Shown piece after piece: positions 54,904-64,000 of a DNA stretch of 64,000 bases. The stretch's first letter is position 1. Each line of letters starts with the position of its first letter. Source of the DNA: a virus (Duplodnaviria; Caudoviricetes); the IMG/VR virus record IMGVR_UViG_3300020181_000012, positions 2,058-66,057 of that record; one strand, given 5' to 3'. Position numbers and translations under genes: made by a program. A model generated the notes under the pieces. The model was not told where the DNA came from. It worked only from the letters and a program-made list of their open reading frames with translations, and made no database searches.

Positions 54904-55278
54904 TTAGGCTGATAATTCAAATACTACATAATTCATACTAGTTCCATCACAAGTTACAGCTCCTTTATAATTATCTATACCAATACCTTCACCTGGTTCA
55001 AGTCTTTTATGATATACTGTACTTGAAGCTGCTTCAGAAGAATATCTCACATAAAGATCATTATCTCCTTCATTGAATATAGTAATAGATATTCTATTAG
55101 GATTAGCCTCAGCAGCATCTGAAGTAGTTTTAATTTCAGGAGTATTAGCTGTACCACTTGCACTATATACAGTTACACTACTTTCATCTTTACTTAATAC
55201 CGAACCAGAGGTATCCTGAGATAGAATACCATCTAGTAGTTCGAATAGTCTCTGTTTACTTTTAGGATCAAGTGTCAT
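54904..55278 (-). CDS. Small jelly-roll-like structural protein
   Basis: NPNR..ITIFNEG...LYV....RLEPG pattern. Confidence 0.55.
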   Translation of the reverse strand: MTLDPKSKQRLFELLDGILSQDTSGSVLSKDESSVTVYSASGTANTPEIKTTSDAAEANPNRISITIFNEGDNDLYVRYSSEAASSTVYHKRLEPGEGIGIDNYKGAVTCDGTSMNYVVFELSA

Positions 55279-55288
55279 AATTTATTCA

Positions 55289-56152
55289 TTAAATTCCAGC
55301 ACTTACTAATGCAGTTGATAGCAAGCTTCCTTTTGCACATTGAACTGCTCTATCTTCATGTACTCCATCTGTTCCTGGAGCAAGAGCGTCCTTAGATACT
55401 AGTAATCCGTTAAAAGTAGTTACTACATTTTGTTGTGCTGTTCTTACTTGGCTGTAATATGTTCTATTAGCAATATTAGTATAAAGTGGACCTCCTGTAT
55501 GTATTATTACTACTTTAATATCAGCAAAGCTATCACTATATGGAGTTACACCTTCTATAAGCTTGTTATAAAATGCAGTACATACTGTTTGATAGTTGTT
55601 AGCTCTAGTAGAATCTAACATATCTGTTTCTCCTTGATCTTGTATAATTGCCTTAAAATTTAGTTCTATACCTCTAGCTCTGAATCTATTAATTGAAGCA
55701 ATTATATATAAATCTCTTAATACTTGAAAGTAACTAACACCAGAAGGTAAATTAGCAGGATTTGCATCCCATTGCCATAATCCACTTGGAGTAGGACTTC
55801 CATTATCAACCATTGCACTACCTCCACTAGAAAACTTTATTAATACTATATTCTTACCTGTAGCAGTAGTATAATCTTTAGCAAAGGCTAGCTCAGGTCC
55901 ACAATAAGTAGTACGTACTGGTGTATTCCAATTTTGATTAATACCAAATCTTAGGTAATTTAATTCATAGTTATTTAAGTTAGTAACATTAGCTCTATTT
56001 ATAGGAGCGTAACAAGTATTAATAGATCCTTGATACTCAGCAGGTATTGTACCAGTATTATCTCCACCTTCCATGTTAGACTGACCAAACATAATATAAG
56101 CATCCAATACCCTTGGCTCTGGTTTCTTACCTTGTGGACTAGCTATTAACAT
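55289..56152 (-). CDS. SGNH carbohydrate esterase (sialate O-acetylesterase/SASA-like)
   Basis: FGQSNMEG, GPELAF, SGGS, QGETD, DGVH. Confidence 0.85.
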   Translation of the reverse strand: MLIASPQGKKPEPRVLDAYIMFGQSNMEGGDNTGTIPAEYQGSINTCYAPINRANVTNLNNYELNYLRFGINQNWNTPVRTTYCGPELAFAKDYTTATGKNIVLIKFSSGGSAMVDNGSPTPSGLWQWDANPANLPSGVSYFQVLRDLYIIASINRFRARGIELNFKAIIQDQGETDMLDSTRANNYQTVCTAFYNKLIEGVTPYSDSFADIKVVIIHTGGPLYTNIANRTYYSQVRTAQQNVVTTFNGLLVSKDALAPGTDGVHEDRAVQCAKGSLLSTALVSAGI

Positions 56153-56155
56153 ATA

Positions 56156-56833
56156 TTAAAGTATTTTTCTAATTATCCAATATGTACCAAGTCTTTCTAT
56201 CTCTATACCTGTACCTATTCCTTTAACTAAAGGAACAAATGCTCCTACAGTACTTGAAGTTTTAAACATTCCATTTATATGTACCCAATAATTATCTGAA
56301 TTTCCAGGTGCAAAAGTTGTAGAACTATAAGTATCTAGAGCAAATAATCTGTTATCAGTAGTTGCAGCACCTGTACCAATTTGGAGTTTAGCATAAAATG
56401 TACCTCCTGCTGGACCTGTCATTGCAAATACACCTCCACCACTTGCATTACCATTAGGTCTAATAAACAATTCAAATACATATAAACTATCAGCTTCAGG
56501 TGTAAAGCTCATTCCAGATAAAGGAACTCCATTTACTGTATCAGTAATTGATTGAAGATCTACTCCTAAAGCTTGAATAGGTGGTCCTAAAAGTACTGAT
56601 AAAGCAGCATTATCAGTAGGATCGCCAGTTAGCTCTGCAAAAGTTGAAGCTCCTCCACCTCCACCTCCAGCTATCTCATCAAGTTGTTCTTTAATTACAA
56701 CATCATTAGGGTTTATTCCTCTACCTATATTACTAATTATAGGCTTTTCTGTTAATAGCCTATCAGCTCCTTCTAGGAAAAAGAGAATATTCTTACCATC
56801 TCTTATAAGCGATAAATTCTTTAATTTAGTCAT
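56156..56833 (-). CDS. Tail fibre/spike adaptor-like protein
   Basis: GGGGG hinge, FAELTGDPTDNAAL motif, beta-sandwich C-terminus. Confidence 0.6.
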   Translation of the reverse strand: MTKLKNLSLIRDGKNILFFLEGADRLLTEKPIISNIGRGINPNDVVIKEQLDEIAGGGGGGASTFAELTGDPTDNAALSVLLGPPIQALGVDLQSITDTVNGVPLSGMSFTPEADSLYVFELFIRPNGNASGGGVFAMTGPAGGTFYAKLQIGTGAATTDNRLFALDTYSSTTFAPGNSDNYWVHINGMFKTSSTVGAFVPLVKGIGTGIEIERLGTYWIIRKIL

Positions 56834-56835
56834 TA

Positions 56836-58305
56836 TTAGTTGATATTAAATTTTACATTATCAATATAGAACTGTGTATCATTTGCAACATTAGTTCCAT
56901 CAGTATCTATCACTTGTATTTCTCCATTAGCGTTTATAACTAATACAAAAAGCCCTCCACCTGTAGCATATCCTACTACTGGAAATACCTTTGGATTAGC
57001 AGGTCTATATTCAACTGGTAATGTTGCTACTAAATTGCTACCTATTGCAGAATCTCCTATTACTTGTCCTCTAAACTCTATATTACCTAAATTATCTTTT
57101 CTATATTGAGCTTTTGAGGTAGAGCTAGTATTAGCTACAGTACTAAAATCAGAACCAAATGAAAAGTCTTGCCATGAATCAAATGTATAATTACCTCCTA
57201 AGTTTATATTCCAGCTAGAGATTGAACCTGATCCACTTATTTTGTCTGCATTAATAGTAAGAACACCTCCAGAATATGATATTACATGTCCTTCTGCAAA
57301 ATTAGAACCACTAGCTGAATCTGTTGCTCTTATTCTATTACCCACGGCATAAGCATATCCAGAACCTACCTCAAAAGATATAACACCTAAAGCAAGTGAA
57401 CTTTCTGTAGTCGATGTAGATTTATATCTATCTCCAGAAATACCTGCTACACCTCCTATATTAATAAGCCAATCATTAAATGTTCCAGAACCTCCTATTG
57501 TATCAACAGTAACTACTAAGGCTCCTGTACCAGAATTATAACTAGCTACATTACCTTCCATATAATTTCCAGTACCGGCAGCAGAAGATAATCTAATTCT
57601 TACTCCAATACTATAAGATAATCCAGTATTAGCTGTAAAAGATTTATTTCCTGTCCCTATGGTATTACTTGTCGTAGAAGTTCCTACATATCTATCTTTA
57701 GATCCTAAGCTAGTAACACTACTCTGAAGAGAAGTTATATTAGTATTAATTGTACCTATACTTGTAGTATGGCCAGCTACAATAGCAACTAAATCATCTA
57801 CACTTTCTATAAGTGTTGCAAATTGTGCTGAAATCTCATTCAGTATATTTATAAACCACGTTTTAAATTCTGTAGTTAAGGTAACTATATAGTTGTTTCT
57901 AGTTGTAACAGAAGGGTCAACAGTTACATCTAAAGCTGCTCCTACAAAGTTATCCATTAAATTAGTCATAGAATCCTCATTAGCTGCCCCGCCTTGAACT
58001 GTAGGTAGTTGTGAAGGTTTTGTCAATATCATACCTAAACCATCTCCTAATGGTGTGTTATTACCAGCTTTAGCTCTAGCATCACTAGCAGCTATAGCCA
58101 GTCCTTGTTTATTAATAATATCAGTAGCAGTATCAGTCTGTGCTGCACTACTTGATTCTGCATGGAAAGCAGCAGACTCACAAAGATTTTCAAATGTTTG
58201 CTGATTAGGTTTAGAACCATTTCTAAGCCTCTTAAAAAATCCTCCTACTGGTGTATCTCCTGTAGTAGAAAAGAACCACGATCTTAACTTTCTTATTCCT
58301 GCCAT
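56836..58305 (-). CDS. Tail fibre / receptor-binding protein
   Basis: Coiled coil, two DRY.(S/G)TSTT...W.IN.GG repeats, C-terminal YRKD..G..EFRG...TLP..YRP head domain. Confidence 0.8.
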   Translation of the reverse strand: MAGIRKLRSWFFSTTGDTPVGGFFKRLRNGSKPNQQTFENLCESAAFHAESSSAAQTDTATDIINKQGLAIAASDARAKAGNNTPLGDGLGMILTKPSQLPTVQGGAANEDSMTNLMDNFVGAALDVTVDPSVTTRNNYIVTLTTEFKTWFINILNEISAQFATLIESVDDLVAIVAGHTTSIGTINTNITSLQSSVTSLGSKDRYVGTSTTSNTIGTGNKSFTANTGLSYSIGVRIRLSSAAGTGNYMEGNVASYNSGTGALVVTVDTIGGSGTFNDWLINIGGVAGISGDRYKSTSTTESSLALGVISFEVGSGYAYAVGNRIRATDSASGSNFAEGHVISYSGGVLTINADKISGSGSISSWNINLGGNYTFDSWQDFSFGSDFSTVANTSSTSKAQYRKDNLGNIEFRGQVIGDSAIGSNLVATLPVEYRPANPKVFPVVGYATGGGLFVLVINANGEIQVIDTDGTNVANDTQFYIDNVKFNIN

Positions 58306-58306
58306 A

Positions 58307-59134
58307 TTAATTTATTATAAAGGGATTAGCATTTATATCACAAACATCTAATGAGTTTGATGTATTAATAGATAAGTTATCTATTGAGAAATCATCATTA
58401 CCTACTAATCTTAATGTAGGAGCTGGACCACTTACTGTAATATCATGACTAAATGTTCCATTTCCAGTTATAGGAACACTATTAGCGGTAGAATATGTTA
58501 AACTAATATACGAAGTTCCTAAAACTTGTGTATAATTAGTAATAGTAAATGTAATAGTGTAAGTTACACCAGCATCAAATGTTACACTTTGCACAAGCTC
58601 TCTAATTAAAGGAGTTCCTCCATTATATGAAGTAGTAGCTACACCTCCTGATATAACCCATCCTCCTAAATTTCCCCATCCAGTTGAATCATCAAATCCT
58701 CCATTTGTAACCTTCTCAGTACTTGTATCCTGTAAACACCCTATCTGCATGAAATCTATACCATCTTGTTTAAGATTAGCCATTTGAATTAGCTTATCAA
58801 ATATATGTGTATTCTTAAATCTACAGAATAGATATTTTCTCACACAAGATAACTTATAACTTAATTCCAATTCTTCTTGATCTTCATCAACAGACTTTAA
58901 ATAAGCTGTTCTAAGATTTACTATATAGTCTACTAACAGTTTATAGAAATACAATTCTTCATATACTTTAATATCATCTCTACCTATACTTCTTAGCTTC
59001 TTTCCTTTATCAGTAAGTTCTTTAAACTTTCCTATAGAATATATATAATCATATAACTCATTAATTAAAACATCTTTCCATGTCTTACTATAAAGAGTTG
59101 AATCTAATATTCTATATTTCTGTCTTATACTCAT
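58307..59134 (-). CDS. Structural protein with C-terminal CBM-like domain
   Basis: Helical N-half; VTNGGFDD..GW...FSIDNLSI jelly-roll; start taken at MSIRQK (59134). Confidence 0.65.
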   Translation of the reverse strand: MSIRQKYRILDSTLYSKTWKDVLINELYDYIYSIGKFKELTDKGKKLRSIGRDDIKVYEELYFYKLLVDYIVNLRTAYLKSVDEDQEELELSYKLSCVRKYLFCRFKNTHIFDKLIQMANLKQDGIDFMQIGCLQDTSTEKVTNGGFDDSTGWGNLGGWVISGGVATTSYNGGTPLIRELVQSVTFDAGVTYTITFTITNYTQVLGTSYISLTYSTANSVPITGNGTFSHDITVSGPAPTLRLVGNDDFSIDNLSINTSNSLDVCDINANPFIIN

Positions 59135-59135
59135 A

Positions 59136-59678
59136 TTAATGACAACCACAATCCTCATTAGGAGAGGAATGAGAAGATTGATAACAATTATCACATATTT
59201 TACTTAGCTGACTTAGTAAATCACTCCAGTAAAATACTTCACTATCATCTGGATCTATAAAATCAACTGTAGATTGATCTTGGTAATATTTATTAGCTAT
59301 ATAATAAAATCTATCTCTTAACGAATAGAACCTTAGAAGATCTCTCATATAAGGAATATCCATTTCATCACATGGGTCACATGTCCTGCATAGAACTTTC
59401 TGTAGATAGTTCTTCTCACATGATCTCAAATCCTTATCTAAAAAGAAATAGCTTTCACCATCTGATGTTATGAACTTATAAATACCGTCATTCACTAAAT
59501 CTATTACAACAGAAGTATCAGGATCTAATGAAGTAGTAGGAGTATCTGGATAAGTATCTACAGCTTCAAACTCATTATTATTTCCTAATACATGAATAGT
59601 ATATAAAAGAGGATCGCTTACATGTTCATTTGTAAGCGTTATCTTATTAGCATTAAAATTATCTACAGTAAATGACAT
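59136..59678 (-). CDS. Tail-associated structural protein (Cys-rich)
   Basis: DGIYK beta domain, Cys clusters, in the tail operon. Confidence 0.55.
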   Translation of the reverse strand: MSFTVDNFNANKITLTNEHVSDPLLYTIHVLGNNNEFEAVDTYPDTPTTSLDPDTSVVIDLVNDGIYKFITSDGESYFFLDKDLRSCEKNYLQKVLCRTCDPCDEMDIPYMRDLLRFYSLRDRFYYIANKYYQDQSTVDFIDPDDSEVFYWSDLLSQLSKICDNCYQSSHSSPNEDCGCH

Positions 59679-59679
59679 A

Positions 59680-60159
59680 TTATTTTCTAAAGAAAACTAT
59701 AAGTATTATAATAATCAATGCCAAAATTATAGCTATTAACCCCCCTATAAGCAGCTTGATCCAAAATGGTAATTCTCTTTTAGGAACTTCTTTAACTACT
59801 TCTTTAACTATTGTCTCTTTTGTATGAATAACTTTTTCGGGATATGAAAAAGTATTATTAACCTCATGACATTTACCAGTAATAGTTATTCTTCCTAAGC
59901 TATCTTTTATAAATCTCAATTCAGCTCTACGTAAAGAATCAAAGTAACTATATACTTTACCTATAATCATACTATCATATGCACCTTTTCCAAAGGTTTT
60001 ATCCACCTCAGATGCAGGAGTAGTAAAGGAAGTATCTTTCATAGTAATAGTAGTTGTACTATCCTTTGTAATAGATGTGCTTGTATGTACTCTTTTACAT
60101 GAGGTAAGTATTCCCAATACTAGGAGTACTAAAACTACTATTCCTATAATAAATCTCAT
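59680..60159 (-). CDS. Unimolecular spanin candidate
   Basis: N-terminal lipobox LTS-C and C-terminal TM (FWIKLLIGGLIAIILALIIIILIVFFRK), within the lysis cassette. Confidence 0.65.
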   Translation of the reverse strand: MRFIIGIVVLVLLVLGILTSCKRVHTSTSITKDSTTTITMKDTSFTTPASEVDKTFGKGAYDSMIIGKVYSYFDSLRRAELRFIKDSLGRITITGKCHEVNNTFSYPEKVIHTKETIVKEVVKEVPKRELPFWIKLLIGGLIAIILALIIIILIVFFRK

Positions 60160-60407
60160 TTCTCTAATTCTTTTTTAAGCTCTTCTTTACTTGCAACAGT
60201 AAATTTAGGTATAAGAATACCTAGAGTTATCAGTGTACCTACTATACTTTTAATCCAAACAGGTATATAACCTTCAGGAATATAATTTAGAAGTTCAGCC
60301 AGCTCTCCAGTACTAGGTATAACTATAGCCATGATTATACATAGTCTTTGAAATCTTTTCCAAAAATCACTCATTGGTAACTTTAATCTTGTAATTAGTT
60401 CTTTCAT
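60156..60407 (-). CDS. Holin candidate
   Basis: Two TM segments, charged C-tail, next to the endolysin. Confidence 0.6.
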   Translation of the reverse strand: MKELITRLKLPMSDFWKRFQRLCIIMAIVIPSTGELAELLNYIPEGYIPVWIKSIVGTLITLGILIPKFTVASKEELKKELEK

Positions 60408-60408
60408 A

Positions 60409-60696
60409 TTATTTAAATAATTGAATTAAACCATATACTGCTGATCCTACACACATAAAGAATCCTATTAGGATTCCTGCTGCAAATTCATACTTTTTAT
60501 ACTTTTGTACAAACTTAACAACTTCACTTAGTTCTGATCTAAGTCCTTCCAATCCTTTTTTAGGATTGCCGTGTATAGTTTCCTTAATATCCTCTGTTAC
60601 TTCTTCTAATTGAAGAACTTTAGAGTATATCTTTAACATCAGTTCTCTATCGGATAATTCCTCAAGACTCTGAAGATCTTCAATTAATGTTTTCAT
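60409..60696 (-). CDS. Membrane protein of the lysis cassette (holin/antiholin-like)
   Basis: Coiled coil plus C-terminal TM. Confidence 0.55.
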   Translation of the reverse strand: MKTLIEDLQSLEELSDRELMLKIYSKVLQLEEVTEDIKETIHGNPKKGLEGLRSELSEVVKFVQKYKKYEFAAGILIGFFMCVGSAVYGLIQLFK

Positions 60697-61243
60697 TAAT
60701 AGTCTTAGCTAGATTTGTGATTAGTTCATTGAAGTTAAAAAAGTACAACTTCATGTCATTACGATTGCTAATAAAACAAATCTCTATTAAGATGTTATTA
60801 GCCGAAGATAACTTGTGATTGCTTAGTATTCCTAACTTTGAATGTTGAGAATCTGCTTCTGTTTTTACACCTCTATTTTTAATAGACAATGTAGATGCAA
60901 TTTCATTAACTATCTTAGTTGCGAAAAGTTTCTCTTTAGGAGTATGAGTATTAGATATTAATACTTCAGCACCATTAGCTGCTTCATTAGCTGAAGCGTT
61001 AAAGTGTACATCAATTGTATAATCAGAGGACTTTACTTTACTTCCAACCCAAGTTATAACTCCGGATAATGTCCAAGAATCATTATCAGTATAAGCCATA
61101 ATCTTATATTTACTCCAAAGCTCTTTAGCTAAAGCTGTAACAAATTTTCTTGCTTCTACAGCTTCATCTCCAAATTGAGATATTGCACCAGTACCTTTAC
61201 CATTCTTTATTTCATGTCCAGATGTAAGATATATTATTCTCAT
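60680..61243 (-). CDS. Endolysin, N-acetylmuramoyl-L-alanine amidase (Amidase_3)
   Basis: SGH...E, DVHFNA, GAEV, ILIEICFISN zinc-amidase motifs. Confidence 0.9.
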   Translation of the reverse strand: MRIIYLTSGHEIKNGKGTGAISQFGDEAVEARKFVTALAKELWSKYKIMAYTDNDSWTLSGVITWVGSKVKSSDYTIDVHFNASANEAANGAEVLISNTHTPKEKLFATKIVNEIASTLSIKNRGVKTEADSQHSKLGILSNHKLSSANNILIEICFISNRNDMKLYFFNFNELITNLAKTINENIN

Positions 61244-61260
61244 ACCTTATAAAGATACCG

Positions 61261-61296
61261 AAAAAAAAAGACTCTTACCTGACATTCAGGTAAGAG
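61261..61296 (-). terminator. Rho-independent terminator
   Basis: CTCTTACCTGA-cat-TCAGGTAAGAG with a 9-nt U tract on the minus strand. Confidence 0.85.
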
Positions 61297-61423
61297 CCTT
61301 AATTTCTATCTATCTTTTTGAGGACTTTATTGGTAGACTATACCAGTAAGTTCATAAGTAAGTCGCAGCAGAAGATTATAGGGATCACAAACACTACTTG
61401 TTTTTTCATATGTTATAGTTTAT

Positions 61424-64000
61424 TTAGTTTTTAATTTTATTTAGAACTGATATTGCATACTCTGGATTAGAAGATTCTACTATGTTATTATAGACAGGTA
61501 TCAACTTCTCTGCTCTAGATATTACTTTATAATCTCCTTCCTTATTCAAACCTGAATCTCTCTTATAAGTTTCAAGAAGTCCAAGCTCACCAGTTTCAAA
61601 CTCTACACTAAATATCTGACTTAAAAGTTTAACTCCTTTATCTACAGTTCCAGCTACAGCAGTTGGAGTTCTTAATACTCTAAACTGATCATTAAATCCT
61701 ATTCCTGGCATATAGAAGGATATATCACCATGTAGTCTCATTGCTTGATATAATAAGAAGTTATCTACTGCTGTTGGTTCTTCATCATCTTCTCCTTTTG
61801 TTAATGCAAGTACTAATACAAAGGTAGTAGTTAAAGTAATCAAATCAACCATAGATCTTTTTACTCCTTCTCTTTCATATTCAGACATATCTTTCCATTT
61901 GAACATAACAGCTATAGATCTCTCATTATATGCTTGAATTAACTTCTTAGCAAAGCTTTTATAATACCCTTGATTAACTAGTCCAGATTCATAATCAATA
62001 CTTAGTCCACCAAATCTAGCTCTTACTGTAGGAGCAATAAATTTTCTAAACATAAGAGCCATTCTACCAAGTGTATATTGTTGCATTGGTAGTGAATCAA
62101 ACTTATTATAAACTCCGTTATTTTTCTTATTAGCAGAATGTATTCTATCTCTTAGATCTTCTTTATCTTGTTTAGTAAATTCGTACTCTTTAGGTAGTCC
62201 TATAGTTTTATTCTCTTTATAGTTTTCCTTGTAAGCATCATATAAGCTAATCTCTTTACCAGATTTATCCTTAACCTTTTTACCTTTAAGGAATGCTATA
62301 AAAGTAGTAATTTGAATTTGATGTTCAGTACCATTCTGCAAGAAGAATATACTATCTGTTTCCATTAAATTATAGAATCTACTAGAAGTTATATTCGTAC
62401 CCTTATTATCTTTAAACTGTCCTTGAATAGCATCATACTCTCTAGCTAGTTTGGATATAAAAGATCTTTTACCAGATCCTACTTCACCTAATAACTCAGC
62501 ACTATTAGCAAAATATTCTGTATTTGCAGACCACCAATCTTTAGTACTATAATTTCTACCTCCTAATCCTTCAGCAAATGAAGTTAGATTACCAATAGTA
62601 ACGTTATTGAATGCTTGAAGTGCGTCACCTGCTAAAGCATTAATAGCTGTAAATCCAGTTAATCTATCACCCCACTTTCCATAATTAATTTCTTTACCAA
62701 ATATAGTTGTCTTTTCAGTCTTTCTATCTATACCATAGAAAATCATATCTATAAAAGTATTTAACTTCTCAGCTCTGTTATTAGTTTCAGATTTTAAGAA
62801 GTTATTATTTCCTATAGCTTTTGATAAACTATCAGTTATATTATCTCCTTTATCATCTACTGACAAAGGTTGATTTTTATTAACTAAATTCTGAATAGTA
62901 TTTACATGGGCTTGAATTTCATTATAAGCCTTGTACTTGTTAATCTCAGAAGTATAAGAAAGAACTGCTTCAACAATATTATAAGATTGTTCAGAAGGAT
63001 CTATATAATGAGTATAATAAATAGGAACTCTCTTAAGATTTTTACCTTCTAATGTCTGAAGACTATTTCTTATCTCTTGTTCTTTAGCCTTATCTACTAT
63101 CTTAACTTTACCTTCTTCTACTAAATACTCCTTGCTTGTTTTACTTAGAGCAGGTAGAAAGTATCCTAATCTATTAGCTTCCGGTATTCCTTTTTGAGAA
63201 TTCAAATGTAATTTAATTAATTCATCATAAAATTCTCTATCTTCCTTAGATAATGCTTTATAAGAATCTGAATCTACTTCTATAAATTTAAGTCTATCTT
63301 TTCCAAAATCATCTACCTTAGTAATAAATTTACCAAATAATTTCTTATTGTTATCTCTGCTAGATTGAGTTTTGATCCATTTATTAAATTTATCTTCAAT
63401 CTCTTCCTGATTTATTATATCTAATCTATTTGCCTCATAGAGCTGTTTCTTAACAGATTTAGCAAACAGACCTAATATAGCATCATCAAGATTAGAAGTA
63501 GCTACTAACCAAGACTCTAATTTAGATATATCTTTCTTAGACTGTCTAAGTTCTTCTTCTAATAATTCTCTAGTAAGAACTTTATCCTTATTTCCAGATT
63601 TTATTAACTGTTGATTAATACCTTTATTATAGAAATCAAACAGATAGTCAGCCATCAATGGTATAGCAAGATCATTATATAAATTAGCTATAAATTTATG
63701 TCCAGTCTCAGCTTCAGCAAATAATTGTTTACCTTCTAGAGCAAGAAGCTTATTAATTTCTTCAACTACTCTTAGACTTTCATTGAATTCATTAATTTCA
63801 TTTAAATCCCTAATTACAGAATCTCTTTTATATTTATCTTTAAAGTCTCTTTTATCAGTATAGCTTTTAATCTCTATTATTCTTTTCTGTAATCCTTTAA
63901 CTAACTTAGTAGCCTTATCAGAGAATAATTCTATACCTTCAAGGATATTAACCTTATCTAAAGTTTCTTCTAATTCTCTAAGACTATCAAGAGCTTTAAC
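61424..64000 (-). CDS. C-terminal part of a giant helical virion (cargo/ejection-like) protein, partial
   Basis: The frame of the 744-aa track ORF stays open for another 114 codons to 64000; all-alpha with a hydrophobic helix near the C-terminus; role inferred from crAss-like layout. Confidence 0.65.
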   Translation of the reverse strand, partial: VKALDSLRELEETLDKVNILEGIELFSDKATKLVKGLQKRIIEIKSYTDKRDFKDKYKRDSVIRDLNEINEFNESLRVVEEINKLLALEGKQLFAEAETGHKFIANLYNDLAIPLMADYLFDFYNKGINQQLIKSGNKDKVLTRELLEEELRQSKKDISKLESWLVATSNLDDAILGLFAKSVKKQLYEANRLDIINQEEIEDKFNKWIKTQSSRDNNKKLFGKFITKVDDFGKDRLKFIEVDSDSYKALSKEDREFYDELIKLHLNSQKGIPEANRLGYFLPALSKTSKEYLVEEGKVKIVDKAKEQEIRNSLQTLEGKNLKRVPIYYTHYIDPSEQSYNIVEAVLSYTSEINKYKAYNEIQAHVNTIQNLVNKNQPLSVDDKGDNITDSLSKAIGNNNFLKSETNNRAEKLNTFIDMIFYGIDRKTEKTTIFGKEINYGKWGDRLTGFTAINALAGDALQAFNNVTIGNLTSFAEGLGGRNYSTKDWWSANTEYFANSAELLGEVGSGKRSFISKLAREYDAIQGQFKDNKGTNITSSRFYNLMETDSIFFLQNGTEHQIQITTFIAFLKGKKVKDKSGKEISLYDAYKENYKENKTIGLPKEYEFTKQDKEDLRDRIHSANKKNNGVYNKFDSLPMQQYTLGRMALMFRKFIAPTVRARFGGLSIDYESGLVNQGYYKSFAKKLIQAYNERSIAVMFKWKDMSEYEREGVKRSMVDLITLTTTFVLVLALTKGEDDEEPTAVDNFLLYQAMRLHGDISFYMPGIGFNDQFRVLRTPTAVAGTVDKGVKLLSQIFSVEFETGELGLLETYKRDSGLNKEGDYKVISRAEKLIPVYNNIVESSNPEYAISVLNKIKN

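Noticed and set aside
61330-61409. Short minus ORF MKKQVVFVIPIIFCC... with an internal TAG
   Set aside because: 23 aa, no supporting evidence; readthrough is not supported elsewhere
63656-63658. TTG start of the 744-aa ORF
   Set aside because: The frame is open to the window edge, so this is an internal codon
1-64000. Alternative genetic code (TAG or TGA reassignment, known in some crAss-like phages)
   Set aside because: Long genes are intact in code 11, and TAG stops (e.g. 16358, 27554, 42096, 49770, 54488) are directly followed by new starts
1-64000. CRISPR mini-array, diversity-generating retroelement, integrase, intron or intein
   Set aside because: No regularly spaced repeats, reverse transcriptase, TR/VR pair, recombinase or splice motifs seen by eye
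1-64000. Canonical tRNA genes
   Set aside because: No GGTTCRA-type T-arm in a full cloverleaf; only degenerate tRNA-like folds, reported as findings
1-64000. Apparent CpG scarcity as evidence of DNA modification
   Set aside because: Visual impression only; no methyltransferase or modification gene in the window; needs observed/expected counts

Overview
A 64 kb AT-rich segment of a large lytic Bacteroidota phage with Crassvirales (crAss-like) organisation, read in the standard genetic code. It has three transcription blocks. (1) A minus-strand arm from 11097 leftwards: small ORFs, an IHF-like protein, a tandem Acb2/Tad1-like protein, an RNase AS-like exonuclease, a PD-(D/E)XK nuclease and the large terminase, which runs off the left edge. 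(2) A plus-strand arm 11235-49966: an early region of micro-ORFs interleaved with structured non-coding elements, a KH-domain protein and a stripped-down ClpX-like ATPase, then replication, recombination and nucleotide genes (PolA, SF2/DnaB/Dda helicases, primase, SSB, annealing protein, RusA, ligase, UDG, rIIA-like, amidoligase, MazG-like, dNMP kinase, ThyA). (3) A convergent minus-strand arm 50008-64000: receptor-binding/depolymerase proteins, a lysis cassette and the C-terminus of a giant virion protein that runs off the right edge. I found no canonical tRNA, CRISPR array, integrase, intron or reverse transcriptase. The most striking unexplained signals are a run of structured RNA-like cassettes (a pseudoknotted T-loop RNA, a second multibranch RNA, a tRNA-like cloverleaf) linked to a repeated TATCACAATAT leader in the early region; a paralogous micro-peptide pair, one copy in an antisense cassette with a perfect Bacteroidota promoter; and possible host-machinery mimics or sponges (ClpX lacking IGF/pore loops, KH with a GEEG loop, tandem Tad1-like hairpins). 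All family calls are from motif recognition by eye, not database searches.
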